Positions 1-10,845 of a stretch of 64,000 nt of DNA are shown piece by piece. Made by a program: the position numbers and the translations under genes. How positions within the stretch are numbered: position 1 is the first letter of the stretch; every line of letters starts with the position of its first letter. The stretch spans positions 2,273-66,272 of the forward strand of contig JALUUO010000068.1 in the NCBI GenBank assembly GCA_027021335.1, given 5' to 3'. The DNA is from Nitrospirota bacterium. Lineage in GTDB: Bacteria > Nitrospirota > Thermodesulfovibrionia > SZUA-242. The notes beneath the pieces were generated by a model. That model was not told the DNA's origin, did no database searches, and worked only from the letters and a program-made list of their open reading frames with translations.

Positions 1-22
1 GTCTTCTGTTTACAGAATCCAT
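1..22 (-). CDS. 5' end of a CDS running off the left edge (MDSVNRR...)
   Basis: ATG at 22 (minus) with an AAGGAG Shine-Dalgarno 9 nt upstream, directly downstream of hslU; too short to identify. Confidence 0.45.
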
Positions 23-71
23 AATACGTTTCTCCTTAAGTAGAGAGGTGATCTTGTGTACAGAATAAATT

Positions 72-1436
72 CTACAGAATGTACCGGCTTAAATCTTTAT
101 CTTCAACTATATCGTTTAGAACCTTTTCTACATGGGCAGCGTCTATAGAAATCTCTGTTCCAGCCATTTCCGGAGCATTGAACGAGATATCCTCAAGCAG
201 GCGTTCCAGTACTGTCTGAAGTCTTCTGGCACCGATATTTTCGGTTTGTTCATTTACATACTCTGAAATCTGGGCAATCTTATCGATGGCATCATCCTGG
301 AAGGAAAGGGTTACGGATTCGGTTGCCAGCAGGGCACAATACTGTTTAATTAGTGCATTTCTGGGTTCCGTTAAAATGCGTATAAACTCATTCTTACCAA
401 GCGAATCAAGCTCTACACGTATAGGAAAACGGCCTTGCAACTCAGGTATAAGATCCGAAGGTTTAGCCACATGGAAAGCACCTGCGGCTACAAACAGGAT
501 GTGATCCGTATGTACCGGTCCGTACTTTGTCGATACGGTAGACCCCTCAACTATAGGTAAAAGGTCCCTCTGAACGCCCTCACGCGATATATCCGGCCCA
601 TGTGACGCCTTGCCGGCAACCTTATCCACCTCGTCAATAAAGACAATGCCAGCCTGCTCAGTCCTTGTGACGGCTTCCTGAGTGACTTTCTCAATGTCGA
701 TCATCTTGGCTGCCTCCTCCCGTGTAAGAAGACGAAGAGCCTCCGGAACCTTTACCTTGCGGTGTTTCTTTTTCTCAGGAAGCATGCTGCCAAGCATTTC
801 TTTTAAGTTTTTCTCAAGATCTTCCATACCCATATTGGAAACCACACCAAAAGGCATGATTTTTTCTTTTACTTTAATATCAACATAGCGGGTATCCAGT
901 TTCCCCTGGCGCAGCAATTCCCGTAATTTTTCACGTGTTTCTACTGCTGCCGATGTTGACGTATCGCCACTTTCCAACACATCTACGGCAGAAGAAGCAG
1001 AAGGGGCTGAAGCTCTGCGTGGTTTTGGAAGCAGAAGGTCCAGAAGCCTCTCTTCCGCCTGAGCCTTAGCTTTTTCGTTAACCTGCTCAAACAACTCCGA
1101 CTTTATCATATTCACCGCAAGTTCTGTGAGGTCACGAATCATTGACTCCACATCACGCCCCACGTAACCGACCTCTGTGAACTTCGATGCCTCAACCTTA
1201 ATAAACGGGGCGTTTGTGAGGCGGGCCAGGCGGCGGGCTATTTCCGTCTTGCCGACGCCTGTCGGTCCGATCATAAGTATATTTTTGGGCAAAACCTCAT
1301 CACGAAGCTCATCCGGCAGGCGTTTGCGTCGCCACCGGTTTCTAAGAGCAATCGCTACAGCCCTCTTGGCATCTCCCTGACCAATTATGTACTTATCAAG
1401 CTCTTCAACAATTTTTCTTGGTGTAAGATCATCCAT
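72..1436 (-). CDS. hslU: ATP-dependent protease ATPase subunit HslU
   Basis: [18 protein letters not shown]-terminus, Walker [13 protein letters not shown] pore motif, C-terminal DLSRYIL; start placed at MDDLTP (1436) rather than the ORF-track start 1466. Confidence 0.97.
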   Translation of the reverse strand: MDDLTPRKIVEELDKYIIGQGDAKRAVAIALRNRWRRKRLPDELRDEVLPKNILMIGPTGVGKTEIARRLARLTNAPFIKVEASKFTEVGYVGRDVESMIRDLTELAVNMIKSELFEQVNEKAKAQAEERLLDLLLPKPRRASAPSASSAVDVLESGDTSTSAAVETREKLRELLRQGKLDTRYVDIKVKEKIMPFGVVSNMGMEDLEKNLKEMLGSMLPEKKKHRKVKVPEALRLLTREEAAKMIDIEKVTQEAVTRTEQAGIVFIDEVDKVAGKASHGPDISREGVQRDLLPIVEGSTVSTKYGPVHTDHILFVAAGAFHVAKPSDLIPELQGRFPIRVELDSLGKNEFIRILTEPRNALIKQYCALLATESVTLSFQDDAIDKIAQISEYVNEQTENIGARRLQTVLERLLEDISFNAPEMAGTEISIDAAHVEKVLNDIVEDKDLSRYIL

Positions 1437-1496
1437 CAAACAGTTTCCTTTCATCCATATTGACAATTAGGCAAGCCACAGGGTACTTGTGACCTC

Positions 1497-2024
1497 CTAC
1501 AACTCCTCCACATGTATTTGTGTATTTGTATAAATACATATATCAGCCGCTATCCGCAACGACTCTTTCACCATGCCGGCGGCATCAAGGCCGGAATGCA
1601 AAAACAAGGCCTTTGCCGCAGCCTGGGCATAGGCTCCTCCTGAGCCGATGGCCGCTATGCCGTCCTCAGGCCCGATAACATCGCCTGTACCTGATATGAT
1701 AAGAGTATTTTCCTTGTCGGCAACAATCAACAGAGCTTCAAGCCGCCGGAGCATTCTGTCTGTGCGCCAATCCTTTGCCAGCTCCACAGCAGCCCTCATA
1801 AGATTGCCGTGATAACTTTCAAGCTTGGCCTCAAACTTCTCAAACAGGGTAAATGCATCGGCTGTAGCTCCGGCAAAGCCGGCCAGTACTTTGTCGTTAT
1901 ACATTCGGCGTACTTTTCTTGCATTATGCTTCATCACGGTTTGTCCAAGAGTTACCTGACCGTCACCGCCCAAAGCTACCTTGTCACCGCGTCGAACACT
2001 TATTACGGTAGTTGCATGAAACAT
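1497..2024 (-). CDS. hslV: ATP-dependent protease peptidase subunit HslV
   Basis: [10 protein letters not shown]-terminal Thr nucleophile, GSGG motif, adjacent to hslU. Confidence 0.97.
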   Translation of the reverse strand: MFHATTVISVRRGDKVALGGDGQVTLGQTVMKHNARKVRRMYNDKVLAGFAGATADAFTLFEKFEAKLESYHGNLMRAAVELAKDWRTDRMLRRLEALLIVADKENTLIISGTGDVIGPEDGIAAIGSGGAYAQAAAKALFLHSGLDAAGMVKESLRIAADICIYTNTQIHVEEL

Positions 2025-2050
2025 AAACCTAGTTCCTCCTTATAATGTGC

Positions 2051-2926
2051 TCATTCTTTTGATGCCCGTGGATGCGCCCGGTCGTAAACATCCATCAAAT
2101 GCGCAACATCCAGATGCGTATACACCTGAGTGGATGAAAGCGATGCGTGTCCCAGCAACTCCTGAATAACCCTAAGATCGGCTCCTGACTGAAGCATGTG
2201 TGAAGCAAAGCTATGCCTAAGCATGTGTGGTCCAAGCCCGGCTTTGAGCAATACTTTACGACCATACTTTACAACTATACGCCTAATGCCGCGATCGCTG
2301 AACCTGGTTCCACGGTTGTTTAAAAAAAGCGCACTATTGACCATCTTACTTTTCTGATTTCGAAGTCGGATATATAACTTAAGGCTTTTTTGGGCCTTTT
2401 CCCCCACCGGTAGAATTCTCTCCTTACGTCCCTTGCCCAACACCCTTACCATGCATTCAGTTAAATTGAGATCCTCCATATTCAGAGCCGACATCTCGGC
2501 TACTCTGAGGCCGGAAGAATAAAACAACTCCAGTATCGCCTTATCGCGCCTGCACAGAAAGTCATCTCCTTCCGGGGCCTCCATAAGACTGAACACCTCG
2601 TCTACTGTAAGCAATCCTGGAAGCGACTTAGGCACCTTAGGGGACGCCGTAAGCCGTGCCGGGTTTTTCTTTACAACTCCCTCCCTGTGGAGATAACCGT
2701 AGAATGAACGAACTGCTGAAAGCTTTCTAGCAATAGAGGTTCTGCTCAACTCCCGCCTGTTTAGGAACGCCAGGTAGCCACGAATATCTATGTGATCACA
2801 AGTATCCGGTTTTTTCTTCACTACCTGAAAAAATTCTTCCAGGTCGGTCATATAGGCCCGTAGTGTATGCTCAGAAACATTTCTCTCGGACTTCAAGTAT
2901 TTAATAAACAAAGCATAGTGATTCAT
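2051..2926 (-). CDS. xerC: Tyrosine recombinase XerC
   Basis: SGLRVAE, HMLRHSFASH, LLGHASLSSTQVYT, C-terminal AHPRA; conserved trmFO-xerC-hslVU order. Confidence 0.9.
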   Translation of the reverse strand: MNHYALFIKYLKSERNVSEHTLRAYMTDLEEFFQVVKKKPDTCDHIDIRGYLAFLNRRELSRTSIARKLSAVRSFYGYLHREGVVKKNPARLTASPKVPKSLPGLLTVDEVFSLMEAPEGDDFLCRRDKAILELFYSSGLRVAEMSALNMEDLNLTECMVRVLGKGRKERILPVGEKAQKSLKLYIRLRNQKSKMVNSALFLNNRGTRFSDRGIRRIVVKYGRKVLLKAGLGPHMLRHSFASHMLQSGADLRVIQELLGHASLSSTQVYTHLDVAHLMDVYDRAHPRASKE

Positions 2927-3029
2927 GGCCTGTTTTACTATCGTAAGCTTACGGTAATTTAATCAGTCCTGACAGGTCTGATAAGTCTTGCTTATTAATA
3001 TAACCAATAAAACCAAATAGAACCAGAAA

Positions 3030-4331
3030 TTAAAGAGCTGCAAGAAACGCCTCCCAGGCTTTTAAGGCACGAGCCGAGATGCATTCGTAGCGTTCTTTTT
3101 TGTTTCGTATTTTTCTCTCAAAAGCAGGCAACAGGCCGAAATTGATGTTAGACGGCTGAAACCTTTCAGGTTTCGAAGCCGTAATATGCCCCACAAGTCC
3201 GCCATGAGCGGTTTCTTCTGGTGGAATTACCGGTGCTTCGCCCCTTAACAACCTTGCTGAGTTCACCCCTGCAAGCCAACCCATGGCAGTGGATTCCACA
3301 TACCCTTCTACTCCTGAAATCTGTCCGGCTAGTATTATATCGGGCCTGGCGCGAAACCGGAGCGTATTATCCAGAAGTTCGGGTGAACAAAGATATGTAT
3401 TCCTGTGCAGGCTGCCGAAACGCAGGAACTCTGCCTGCTCAAGCCCTGGAATCATCCGGAATACTCTTACCTGCTCCGCCTGCTTAAGCTTTGTTTGAAA
3501 TCCAACCATGTTGTAAGCTGTTTTGTGCCGATTTTCCGTCCGCAACTGAACCACAGCATACGGCTCTCTACCGGTTTTCGGATCCGAAAGGCCAACCGGT
3601 TTCATAGGCCCGAAGCATAGGGTCTTCCTGCCGCGGGCGGCCAGCACCTCGATTGGCATACAGCCTTCAAAAACCTTTTCCTCTTCAAATAAATGGGTTG
3701 CGGTTTTTTCTGCAGTTGTAAGCGCATCATAAAATCTGTCGTACTCCTCGCGCTGCATCGGGCAATTCACATAGTCATCACCACGGCCGTACCTGGAAGC
3801 TTTGTAAACACGGGACCAGTTTATACTTTCCGCATCCAAAATAGGAGCTATTGCATCGTAGAAATATAGCTGGCCAGCACCTGTAAGTTCTTGAATAGAG
3901 GCGGTCATGGAACTCGATGTAAGAGGACCGGAGGCAAGCACAGTAAGACCGTCATCAGGAAGACCGGTCACCTCTTGCCTTATCACTTCCACGAGCGGCT
4001 CATTTTCCAGGCGGCGGGTTATAAAATCTGCAAACATAAGCCTGTCCACAGCCAAGGCTCCTCCGGCCGGTACTCTGGTCTCATCCGCAGCCTGCATAAT
4101 CAGGGAACCCGCTCTTCGTAACTCTTCCTTTAAAAGGCCGACTGCATTATGGATGGAGTCCGAACGAAGAGAGTTTGAACAGACAAGTTCGGCCAAACGG
4201 TCGGTCTTATGAGCAGGAGTATGTGTTACAGGCCGCATTTCGTAAAGCCGTACATGCACTCCACGCCTGGCCGCTTGCCATGCTGCCTCAGAACCAGCCA
4301 GTCCGCCGCCGATAACAGTTAGATTATACAT
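3030..4331 (-). CDS. trmFO: Folate/FAD-dependent tRNA (uracil-5-)-methyltransferase TrmFO
   Basis: [31 protein letters not shown] motifs. Confidence 0.96.
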   Translation of the reverse strand: MYNLTVIGGGLAGSEAAWQAARRGVHVRLYEMRPVTHTPAHKTDRLAELVCSNSLRSDSIHNAVGLLKEELRRAGSLIMQAADETRVPAGGALAVDRLMFADFITRRLENEPLVEVIRQEVTGLPDDGLTVLASGPLTSSSMTASIQELTGAGQLYFYDAIAPILDAESINWSRVYKASRYGRGDDYVNCPMQREEYDRFYDALTTAEKTATHLFEEEKVFEGCMPIEVLAARGRKTLCFGPMKPVGLSDPKTGREPYAVVQLRTENRHKTAYNMVGFQTKLKQAEQVRVFRMIPGLEQAEFLRFGSLHRNTYLCSPELLDNTLRFRARPDIILAGQISGVEGYVESTAMGWLAGVNSARLLRGEAPVIPPEETAHGGLVGHITASKPERFQPSNINFGLLPAFERKIRNKKERYECISARALKAWEAFLAAL

Positions 4332-4339
4332 TCAATTAC

Positions 4340-4375
4340 AAAAAACAAGGCACGGACAATTAACGCCCGTGCCTT
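4340..4375 (-). terminator. Rho-independent terminator after acsC
   Basis: AAGGCACGG/CCGTGCCTT 9-bp stem (4347-4355 / 4367-4375) followed by a T-run on the minus strand. Confidence 0.6.
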
Positions 4376-4416
4376 ACATAAAACTTCAGTTTGGAAATTG
4401 ACCTGATCCGTCCGGC

Positions 4417-5760
4417 TTAGGCCGTCTTGTTTTTAAGAAATGCAGGAAGACCGTTTGCTTCTCTTGGACCCACCGTAATTTTCCATCCTGGAAGCTTGTC
4501 TTCAAGCGCGCCGCTAAGAATTGCCACCTGTCCCGGAATAACCAGTTCTTTATGGGAAACAGCGTTGAAGTCTTCAGTTTCATTAATAAACTGCGCAATT
4601 TTATTGGCGGTGAATTTCCCGGCAGCCCATGCGGTAAGAACCGACAATCCTTCACAGTCCATAACTGCAAGCCTGGTCGGCACCTTGGAATTCTCTACTT
4701 CGCCGGCCACTATAAAATAGGTTAATGAAAAATTGGTTGTAATCAAAAGTGGCGCATCCGCTGCCGGATCACTTATTTCATAAACTTTCTGAGGTACCTG
4801 CATCGGCACCTGAGGATCTGTATAAATGTTTTGGCGTAAAGTAAAAAGCGCAAGGTTTTTCCAGCGCTCTATATGGTTCAATAGTATTATAGATGCATAC
4901 TTTGCAATCGCGACAGCGGCAACGTTGGCCTCTACCATGGTATCATCGCGCATGCAATTATTAATCACAGGATAACCCAACTCTTTTACCCCTTTCTTTA
5001 TTGCCGAGCGACGGATCTGAGTATTATGCTCTATAATATCTTTAGCCGTTTTTGCTCCGGTATCAATTACAATATCATCGACACCAGCCTCCTTGGCCTT
5101 TCTGGTAAGATCCATAACCGCCTCAATTCCATCCGCACTAACACCGAGTATTAACTTGTGCTCTTTAGCCAGGGCAACCATCGCATCCAGGTTTCCCTCA
5201 TCAGCACCATATATCATGGGTTTTCTGGCGGCAACAACCTTAACGGCCGCTTCAACCGCCTGAGGGTCGGTACAATTGAGAATAATAGCAGCTTCAGGAG
5301 CCTTATCAGCCACAAGTTTTACGGCATCTGCATATTTACCTGCGTCACCTGATGCAAACTCCACCGAGACGGCATCAACACGAAGTTTCTGCCCCACACG
5401 GTCTATTTCTGAAGCCGCAACTTCAACGGCTCTTGCAGCAAGATCATCATCAGATAACGTATCAGAAAGATTTAACGCTATAGCACAAGGATTTACGAAT
5501 TTTTTTTCATGCCGGAACATTACGTTCTCTTCGCCCATTTTTACGGATTTGTCACCTGTTCCAAGCATGATTCCACGAACAGGCGGCGCCGAAGCATCGC
5601 CAAGAGTTGCCTTGGCTTCTTCGGAAACATCCGGACACGCGCTTATCTCCGCTTGTCTCTGTGCAAGTTTCATTGCAAAAGCCAGGCAGGTTGGAAAACC
5701 ACACTTCTTACAATTTGTTTTTGGAAGAAGTTTGAATATTTGAACTCCAGTTAATGCCAT
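4417..5760 (-). CDS. acsC: Corrinoid iron-sulfur protein large subunit (ACDS gamma)
   Basis: LPKTNCKKCGFPTCLAFAMKL...CP 4Fe-4S motif, TTNFSLTYF, GLSVLTAWAAGKF, VGPREA. Confidence 0.95.
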   Translation of the reverse strand: MALTGVQIFKLLPKTNCKKCGFPTCLAFAMKLAQRQAEISACPDVSEEAKATLGDASAPPVRGIMLGTGDKSVKMGEENVMFRHEKKFVNPCAIALNLSDTLSDDDLAARAVEVAASEIDRVGQKLRVDAVSVEFASGDAGKYADAVKLVADKAPEAAIILNCTDPQAVEAAVKVVAARKPMIYGADEGNLDAMVALAKEHKLILGVSADGIEAVMDLTRKAKEAGVDDIVIDTGAKTAKDIIEHNTQIRRSAIKKGVKELGYPVINNCMRDDTMVEANVAAVAIAKYASIILLNHIERWKNLALFTLRQNIYTDPQVPMQVPQKVYEISDPAADAPLLITTNFSLTYFIVAGEVENSKVPTRLAVMDCEGLSVLTAWAAGKFTANKIAQFINETEDFNAVSHKELVIPGQVAILSGALEDKLPGWKITVGPREANGLPAFLKNKTA

Positions 5761-5772
5761 ATCAGTTCCCTC

Positions 5773-6714
5773 CTAGGTAAGCTCATCAAGGGTTTTGTTT
5801 ACCCCTTCCACCGCCTTAGGGTGGCGCATTATAAGTAGGTTGACTCCAGCCACCATAAGAGACGTGGCTGTTATGGATTCCCACGCAATACCGCGTTCTT
5901 CGATCGCCCCCCACTCCGGAAGATCCGTCTCAGGTGCCATTACTTCCTTTATCTTCCAGACGTACATTCCTACATCACCTACAATTGGTGGTTGCATTGT
6001 CGTATCGTTTTGTGCAAGCGCTGCCAGGCGAATTCGTTCCATAACCGAATAAGTATACTCCAAGCCGTAACCAAGAGCCGAGCACATGGGATCGGTTAGA
6101 ACCCTGTCTGAGCTAAACCCCATCTGGCCTATAAGAATGTTAAGCTGCTTTGCCAGGTTTATATCCAATTCGCTCATTGCTATCAACTTGTGATTATTCG
6201 CAAGAGCTGCAGCCACGATAGTTTTATAGTTAGCCTCTTGCGCTTTGCCTATAACACAATTCTTTCCAGAGGCCGCCTCAGCCGCTGCCACAAGAACCTG
6301 GGAGTCCTTTTCAACATGGTTTGAACCAAGAATTATAAGCGGAACATCCACCGCATCCAGCACAGCTTTTACCGTACCGACCGCATCCTCGACGCTACGG
6401 TTTTCGCGATCAGGGTGTGTACCTACCAACCTTAGGGCAACTGCCTTGGCTCCCAGATCATTCTGACAGTACTTAGCCCATCCGGCAGGATCATCCGAAA
6501 CCGATGAGTACTGTTTTTTAACCTCGTCAGGCCAGTCAGACGGCGGAACATCCTGGATCTCAAGAGCGATCAACGGCCTCGTAGAGCCTTCGCCCTCGAA
6601 CGAATGAAACGGAAGTGCGCTGCCTCCGCCCACAACCGCAGCCTTGTCTCCAGCTCCGAGTGTCATCTCGAGAACTTTCCCACTAAAGTTTTCTTTTGGA
6701 ATAACGTAAGCCAT
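5773..6714 (-). CDS. acsD: Corrinoid iron-sulfur protein small subunit (ACDS delta)
   Basis: DINLAKQLNI, ALGYGLEYTYSVMERIRLAAL, IMRHP motifs. Confidence 0.95.
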   Translation of the reverse strand: MAYVIPKENFSGKVLEMTLGAGDKAAVVGGGSALPFHSFEGEGSTRPLIALEIQDVPPSDWPDEVKKQYSSVSDDPAGWAKYCQNDLGAKAVALRLVGTHPDRENRSVEDAVGTVKAVLDAVDVPLIILGSNHVEKDSQVLVAAAEAASGKNCVIGKAQEANYKTIVAAALANNHKLIAMSELDINLAKQLNILIGQMGFSSDRVLTDPMCSALGYGLEYTYSVMERIRLAALAQNDTTMQPPIVGDVGMYVWKIKEVMAPETDLPEWGAIEERGIAWESITATSLMVAGVNLLIMRHPKAVEGVNKTLDELT

Positions 6715-6733
6715 ATCTCTAGAAATCCCTCCT

Positions 6734-7522
6734 TTACATCTCCAGATAGGAATGTGCGTAAAGTGTTTTATTCATTATAATATCAGTGGTTTTCATAGCG
6801 GTCATAACCTCTTTTTCGAGCGGATCGGCAATTGCAGCAGAAAGCCCTGCATAGATCAGAAATGACAGAAAATAACTGTTCAGTATCGGCCTTATATGCT
6901 TTGGACATCCGTTTGATATATTGCTGAGACCAACCACCGTCTTCATAGGTGGATCGTTTAAGTCCTGAAACATCTTGATTGTTTCTATAACCTTTATTGC
7001 CTGATCCTGTGTTGTCGCTATCTGCAGCACAAGCGGATCAAGGAATATATTCTCCATCGGGACACCATACTCCATACCCCTTGCCATTATCTCGGCAGCA
7101 ATACCGGCCCTTTCCTCGGCATCAGCCGGAAGACCGCCCTTGCCCACTGTAAGACCGATCACCTGGCAGTTATACTTTGCCGCAAGCTCAAGCACCGGAA
7201 ATCTTTCCGGGTCGTTCGAAGTGGAGTTAAGAAGAGGCGCCCCCCACTCATTATTGTGGACTTTAAGCCCGGCCTCAAGAGCACTAATGTTTGTAGTGTC
7301 TAGACAGACAGGAGCCGGAACTTTCTCTTGAATGGTTGTTATCATCCACTCCATAAGTCCTTCTCCATTGTCCTCGGCAGGCCCGATATTGGCATCTATC
7401 ATGCCGGCACCGGCTTTCCATTGGGATTCAGCTATCTCCTGAATAGGGTTCTTATCCCTGTTCATCATAGCTTCACGAACTCGCTTGGCGATAATGCTTA
7501 GTTTTTCACCTATAATCAGCAT
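6734..7522 (-). CDS. acsE: Methyltetrahydrofolate:corrinoid Fe-S protein methyltransferase
   Basis: Pterin-binding barrel: MLIIGEK, LDTTN, FLDPLV, VGLSNISNG; co-oriented with acsD/acsC. Confidence 0.92.
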   Translation of the reverse strand: MLIIGEKLSIIAKRVREAMMNRDKNPIQEIAESQWKAGAGMIDANIGPAEDNGEGLMEWMITTIQEKVPAPVCLDTTNISALEAGLKVHNNEWGAPLLNSTSNDPERFPVLELAAKYNCQVIGLTVGKGGLPADAEERAGIAAEIMARGMEYGVPMENIFLDPLVLQIATTQDQAIKVIETIKMFQDLNDPPMKTVVGLSNISNGCPKHIRPILNSYFLSFLIYAGLSAAIADPLEKEVMTAMKTTDIIMNKTLYAHSYLEM

Positions 7523-7863
7523 CTTTAAAATTCCTCTCCTTTCTTTCTAATATTATATGGTAAGGTAATTCGGCACATCACCACTCCACTACCGCCGAAC
7601 TTATTGCTGTAAAAGCAAATTCAGATATATTAGCATAACAGATATTATTAGGTAAAGAGTTTTGCAGAGCCCTACTACTACATTACTAAAACACTATAAA
7701 CAATTAAGGAATGACCGGTTAACCGCTCAGTTTGGGTTTGACAAAAGCCTGCTAATGGTGCTATTTTGCATAGAACCTTTAATATTATTGTGCAATAGAG
7801 TACAAAAAAACCTGTGAAAAATATTTAAAATATTTTTTTAAAGTATTTTTGGAGGCAGAAAAC

Positions 7864-8250
7864 ATGAAAGCAAAGATATTTATACTATTTTTAGGCGTTT
7901 TTATCCTCGGTATAATAAGCCTTGGGAACGCCGAAGATAAAGCGGTAGAAACAGAGCAGTCAGGTATCCAGGCAAATTATGTCTGTATGGTGAATGATAA
8001 ATACATGGGAAAGGAACAGATCCCGGTTGAGTACGAAGGGAAGATATACTATGGCTGCTGCAAGGGCTGTGTTGGCAACTTGCGAAACAACCGCGCCGTC
8101 AGATATTCGGTAGATCCCGCCACCGGCAAAGAAGTGGATAAGGCCACCGCCTATATTGTTATGAAACCTAATGGAACAAGTGAGGTTCTTTATTTTGAGT
8201 CGGAAGAAAGTTATAAAAAATACAAAAAAAGCCACTCTACTCAGAAATAG
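7864..8250 (+). CDS. Exported YHS/TRASH-like metal-binding protein
   Basis: Signal peptide after a GGAGG SD; VCMVND, YEGKIYYGCCKGC, DPATGKEVDKA, LYFESE. Confidence 0.7.
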   Translation: MKAKIFILFLGVFILGIISLGNAEDKAVETEQSGIQANYVCMVNDKYMGKEQIPVEYEGKIYYGCCKGCVGNLRNNRAVRYSVDPATGKEVDKATAYIVMKPNGTSEVLYFESEESYKKYKKSHSTQK

Positions 8251-8364
8251 TGCGGTATCTACAAATATAAAAAAATAATTTTTAAAAATATAGTTTTCGA
8301 GAAAACCCAAAAATAACAAACGATTAAAACACTGTTTTTAAGTCCTTAATCTATTTGCAAAAAA

Positions 8365-9630
8365 CTATTTACTTGATAACGTAAAGTAAAACGTCGCGCC
8401 TTTATTGACCTCACCTTCGGCCCACACCCTTCCCCTGTGACGGTGTATAATGCGCTGTACAGTTGCCAGGCCGATACCGGTACCTTCGAACTCCTTGCCA
8501 TGCAACCGCTGAAAGGGGCCGAAAAGTTTGCCTGAGTAGTTCATATCAAAACCAGCCCCGTTATCGCAGATAAAATAGATCTCTTCCTCTTCCTTTATAA
8601 TATGGCCGAACTCTATATGTGCCTGCGGCTGCTTACCAGAGAACTTCCAGGCGTTTTCAAGCAGATTTTTAAGAGCTACGCGCAATAACCCAGGGTCACC
8701 TTTGGCTACAAGCCCTTTACTTATGATAAACTCCACCCGGCGTTCCACCTGAATCTGCTTTAATTCTGCGGCAATTTCCTCTGCCAAAACACTTAAGTCA
8801 ACGGTTCGGCAATGCATTTCGCTGCGTGTAACACGAGACAACGTCAGCATGTCATCAATCAACTCACCCATACGTTGACTGGCAGCACGTATACGCCTGA
8901 GATAGTCTCTGCCTTGCTCATCCAAGCTTTCACTGTAGTCCTCCAACAGCGCCTGGCTGAAACCGTCAATACATCGAAGCGGTGCGCGCAGATCGTGAGA
9001 GACCGAATAGTTGAACGCCTCAAGTTCTTTATTGGCAACCTCAAGCTCCGTGGTTCGTTCCGCTACCAGTTCTTCCAAGTGATCACGGTGTTTTTTAAGT
9101 TCATCTTGCACCCGTTTGCGCTCAATCACTTCAGCCAATACATTGGCAATCGATTGAAAGAAATTAACATCATCCTTACTAAACATCCTACGGCTGTTTG
9201 TATGCACACCCATCACACCAAAAGGCCGCTCCTTGCCCCTGATAAGAACGCTGATACCGCTTATAACCCCATGGTCATAAAGCAACTGAGGACCGCTGAA
9301 TCGTTTTTCCGTTCTAAGGTCTTCAACAATAATCGGCTCATCAGACAGCAAGCTATAGCCGGCTTGTGACTGCTTCCCTGAATCCACAGTTGCACTGCCT
9401 ACAAGACCATCCTTCCAGCCAACCCCAGAAATCAGAAGAAATGCCTTACCATCAGGAAGCAGCTCCAGGACCTTACAATGATCAGCGCCTAAGATCACTG
9501 ATACCAAGGTCACAGCCTGGTCAAACAGTGCATATAAAGGCGGATCGGACAAGGCATACTGGCCCAGTTCAGCCACAGCCGCCTGCTGCTGTGCACGCTT
9601 TGCCAGCTCATCCTCAAGATTCTTATTCAC
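8365..9630 (-). CDS. GAF-domain sensor histidine kinase
   Basis: GAF region, H-box YSVSHDLRAPLR, N-box NLLENAWKF, DNGAGF, GTGIGLA. Confidence 0.9.
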   Translation of the reverse strand: MNKNLEDELAKRAQQQAAVAELGQYALSDPPLYALFDQAVTLVSVILGADHCKVLELLPDGKAFLLISGVGWKDGLVGSATVDSGKQSQAGYSLLSDEPIIVEDLRTEKRFSGPQLLYDHGVISGISVLIRGKERPFGVMGVHTNSRRMFSKDDVNFFQSIANVLAEVIERKRVQDELKKHRDHLEELVAERTTELEVANKELEAFNYSVSHDLRAPLRCIDGFSQALLEDYSESLDEQGRDYLRRIRAASQRMGELIDDMLTLSRVTRSEMHCRTVDLSVLAEEIAAELKQIQVERRVEFIISKGLVAKGDPGLLRVALKNLLENAWKFSGKQPQAHIEFGHIIKEEEEIYFICDNGAGFDMNYSGKLFGPFQRLHGKEFEGTGIGLATVQRIIHRHRGRVWAEGEVNKGATFYFTLSSK

Positions 9631-9687
9631 CTTAAATTTTCGTATCTAAAAAAAGCCTGTACGGCCGGTTCAGGTATAAATAAATAA

Positions 9688-9731
9688 GTTCAGGGCCCAT
9701 ATCACCTGCAGACGGATTATGAGCCCTGAAC
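9688..9731. other. Intergenic inverted repeat (hairpin)
   Basis: GTTCAGGGC (9688-9696) / GCCCTGAAC (9723-9731) with extended inner pairing, just downstream of the Asp-rich lipoprotein gene. Confidence 0.5.
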
Positions 9732-9747
9732 CTTAGAGTGCCGGGCC

Positions 9748-10638
9748 TTAGTTATAAGCTCCGCTGTTGTTTATTCCGTCATTGTCATTATCAGTGTCGT
9801 AATCATCACGAATGCCATCATCGTCTGAATCATTAATTTCATCATCGTCATTGGCGTCACTTATTCCGTCGTTATCATCATCGTCATCCTGATCGTCATT
9901 TATTCCGTCATTATCATCATCAGGGTCGTCTTTATCCGGCAGACCGTCGTTGTCGTCATCCTTGTCTTGGCCATTGCTTATACCATCATGGTCAAGATCG
10001 TTATCGTTTATTCCATCTCCATCATTATCATTATCGTCAATATCCTTTATTCCGTCATTATCGTCGTCGTCGTCATCCCGGTTGGATATGCCGTCGCCGT
10101 CGTCATCCTCATAAACATTAATAATTCCATCGTTGTCGTCATCCATCGGATCATCGGTTTTTAGAACGATCACAATGGCGGAATCCGTAACAGTAACCTC
10201 CAGGGGAAAGTCTTCCACTCCATCCCCGTTGCTGTCTGAAGACATATCACTACGACTCAAAGGAAGATCTACAAAACCAAGGTCTATATCTTCTCCGCTA
10301 CTTGTAAATACGATGCTTGTATTGCCGTCCTTGTCCGTCAGTTTTATAGACGTTACGACTTTAGTTGTTTCATTCTCTTCATTAGTGATAAGCACCACAC
10401 GGCATGACAGGTTTTTGGGTAACTCCAGGTCAAATGGATGCCTGTCGGTCCCATTGTCCGTGGATTTTACCGAGTAATAACTTCCATCATCGCAATATGC
10501 CTCGATAAGTGTACCCGGCACAGTACCCGTTAAAGAGTAGGTTGAACTGCTGGTCCCTCCCCCATCGCTGCTACTACCACCACATGCGGCAATCAATACG
10601 ATCAGAAATAAAATACCGTAAAGTGCTTTCGTTTTCAT
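9748..10638 (-). CDS. Lipoprotein with Asp-rich thrombospondin-type-3-like Ca2+-binding repeats
   Basis: MKTKALYGILFLIVLIAA-C lipobox with GAGGAGG SD; about 10 DxDxDGI-type repeats in the C-terminal part. Confidence 0.75.
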   Translation of the reverse strand: MKTKALYGILFLIVLIAACGGSSSDGGGTSSSTYSLTGTVPGTLIEAYCDDGSYYSVKSTDNGTDRHPFDLELPKNLSCRVVLITNEENETTKVVTSIKLTDKDGNTSIVFTSSGEDIDLGFVDLPLSRSDMSSDSNGDGVEDFPLEVTVTDSAIVIVLKTDDPMDDDNDGIINVYEDDDGDGISNRDDDDDDNDGIKDIDDNDNDGDGINDNDLDHDGISNGQDKDDDNDGLPDKDDPDDDNDGINDDQDDDDDNDGISDANDDDEINDSDDDGIRDDYDTDNDNDGINNSGAYN

Positions 10639-10845
10639 ACAGACCTCCTCGTTCTGAGTGTTAAATATTACTTCCGACAAAACCGGTAGTTTGCATGATG
10701 CTGACTGTTACTCTGACTTACAACTGCGTTATTAAGTGTTGCATCGGGTATACAAAAAAAAACAAAAAACCCGAGCCCCCTATTTAAAATACAAAGACCC
10801 GGATTTTCTGTTGTTTTTACTAAAGACACCTGCTATATAACCAGT

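Noticed and set aside
2051-2926. Tyrosine recombinases (also 33363-34229) as phage or island integrases
   Set aside because: Size, motifs and housekeeping context fit chromosomal XerC/XerD; no att/tRNA site or phage genes are present
7628-7655. dif-like 28-mer (minus strand TTACCTAATAA-TATCTG-TTATGCTAATA), tempting because xerC and xerD are both in the window
   Set aside because: The XerD arm matches the E. coli arm at only 8/11 and the XerC arm poorly. It lies in AT-rich promoter DNA upstream of acsE, and xer genes are not generally linked to dif.
9770-10150. (TCA/TCG)n-like periodic DNA as a non-coding repeat array
   Set aside because: Fully explained by Asp/Asn codons of the minus-strand lipoprotein
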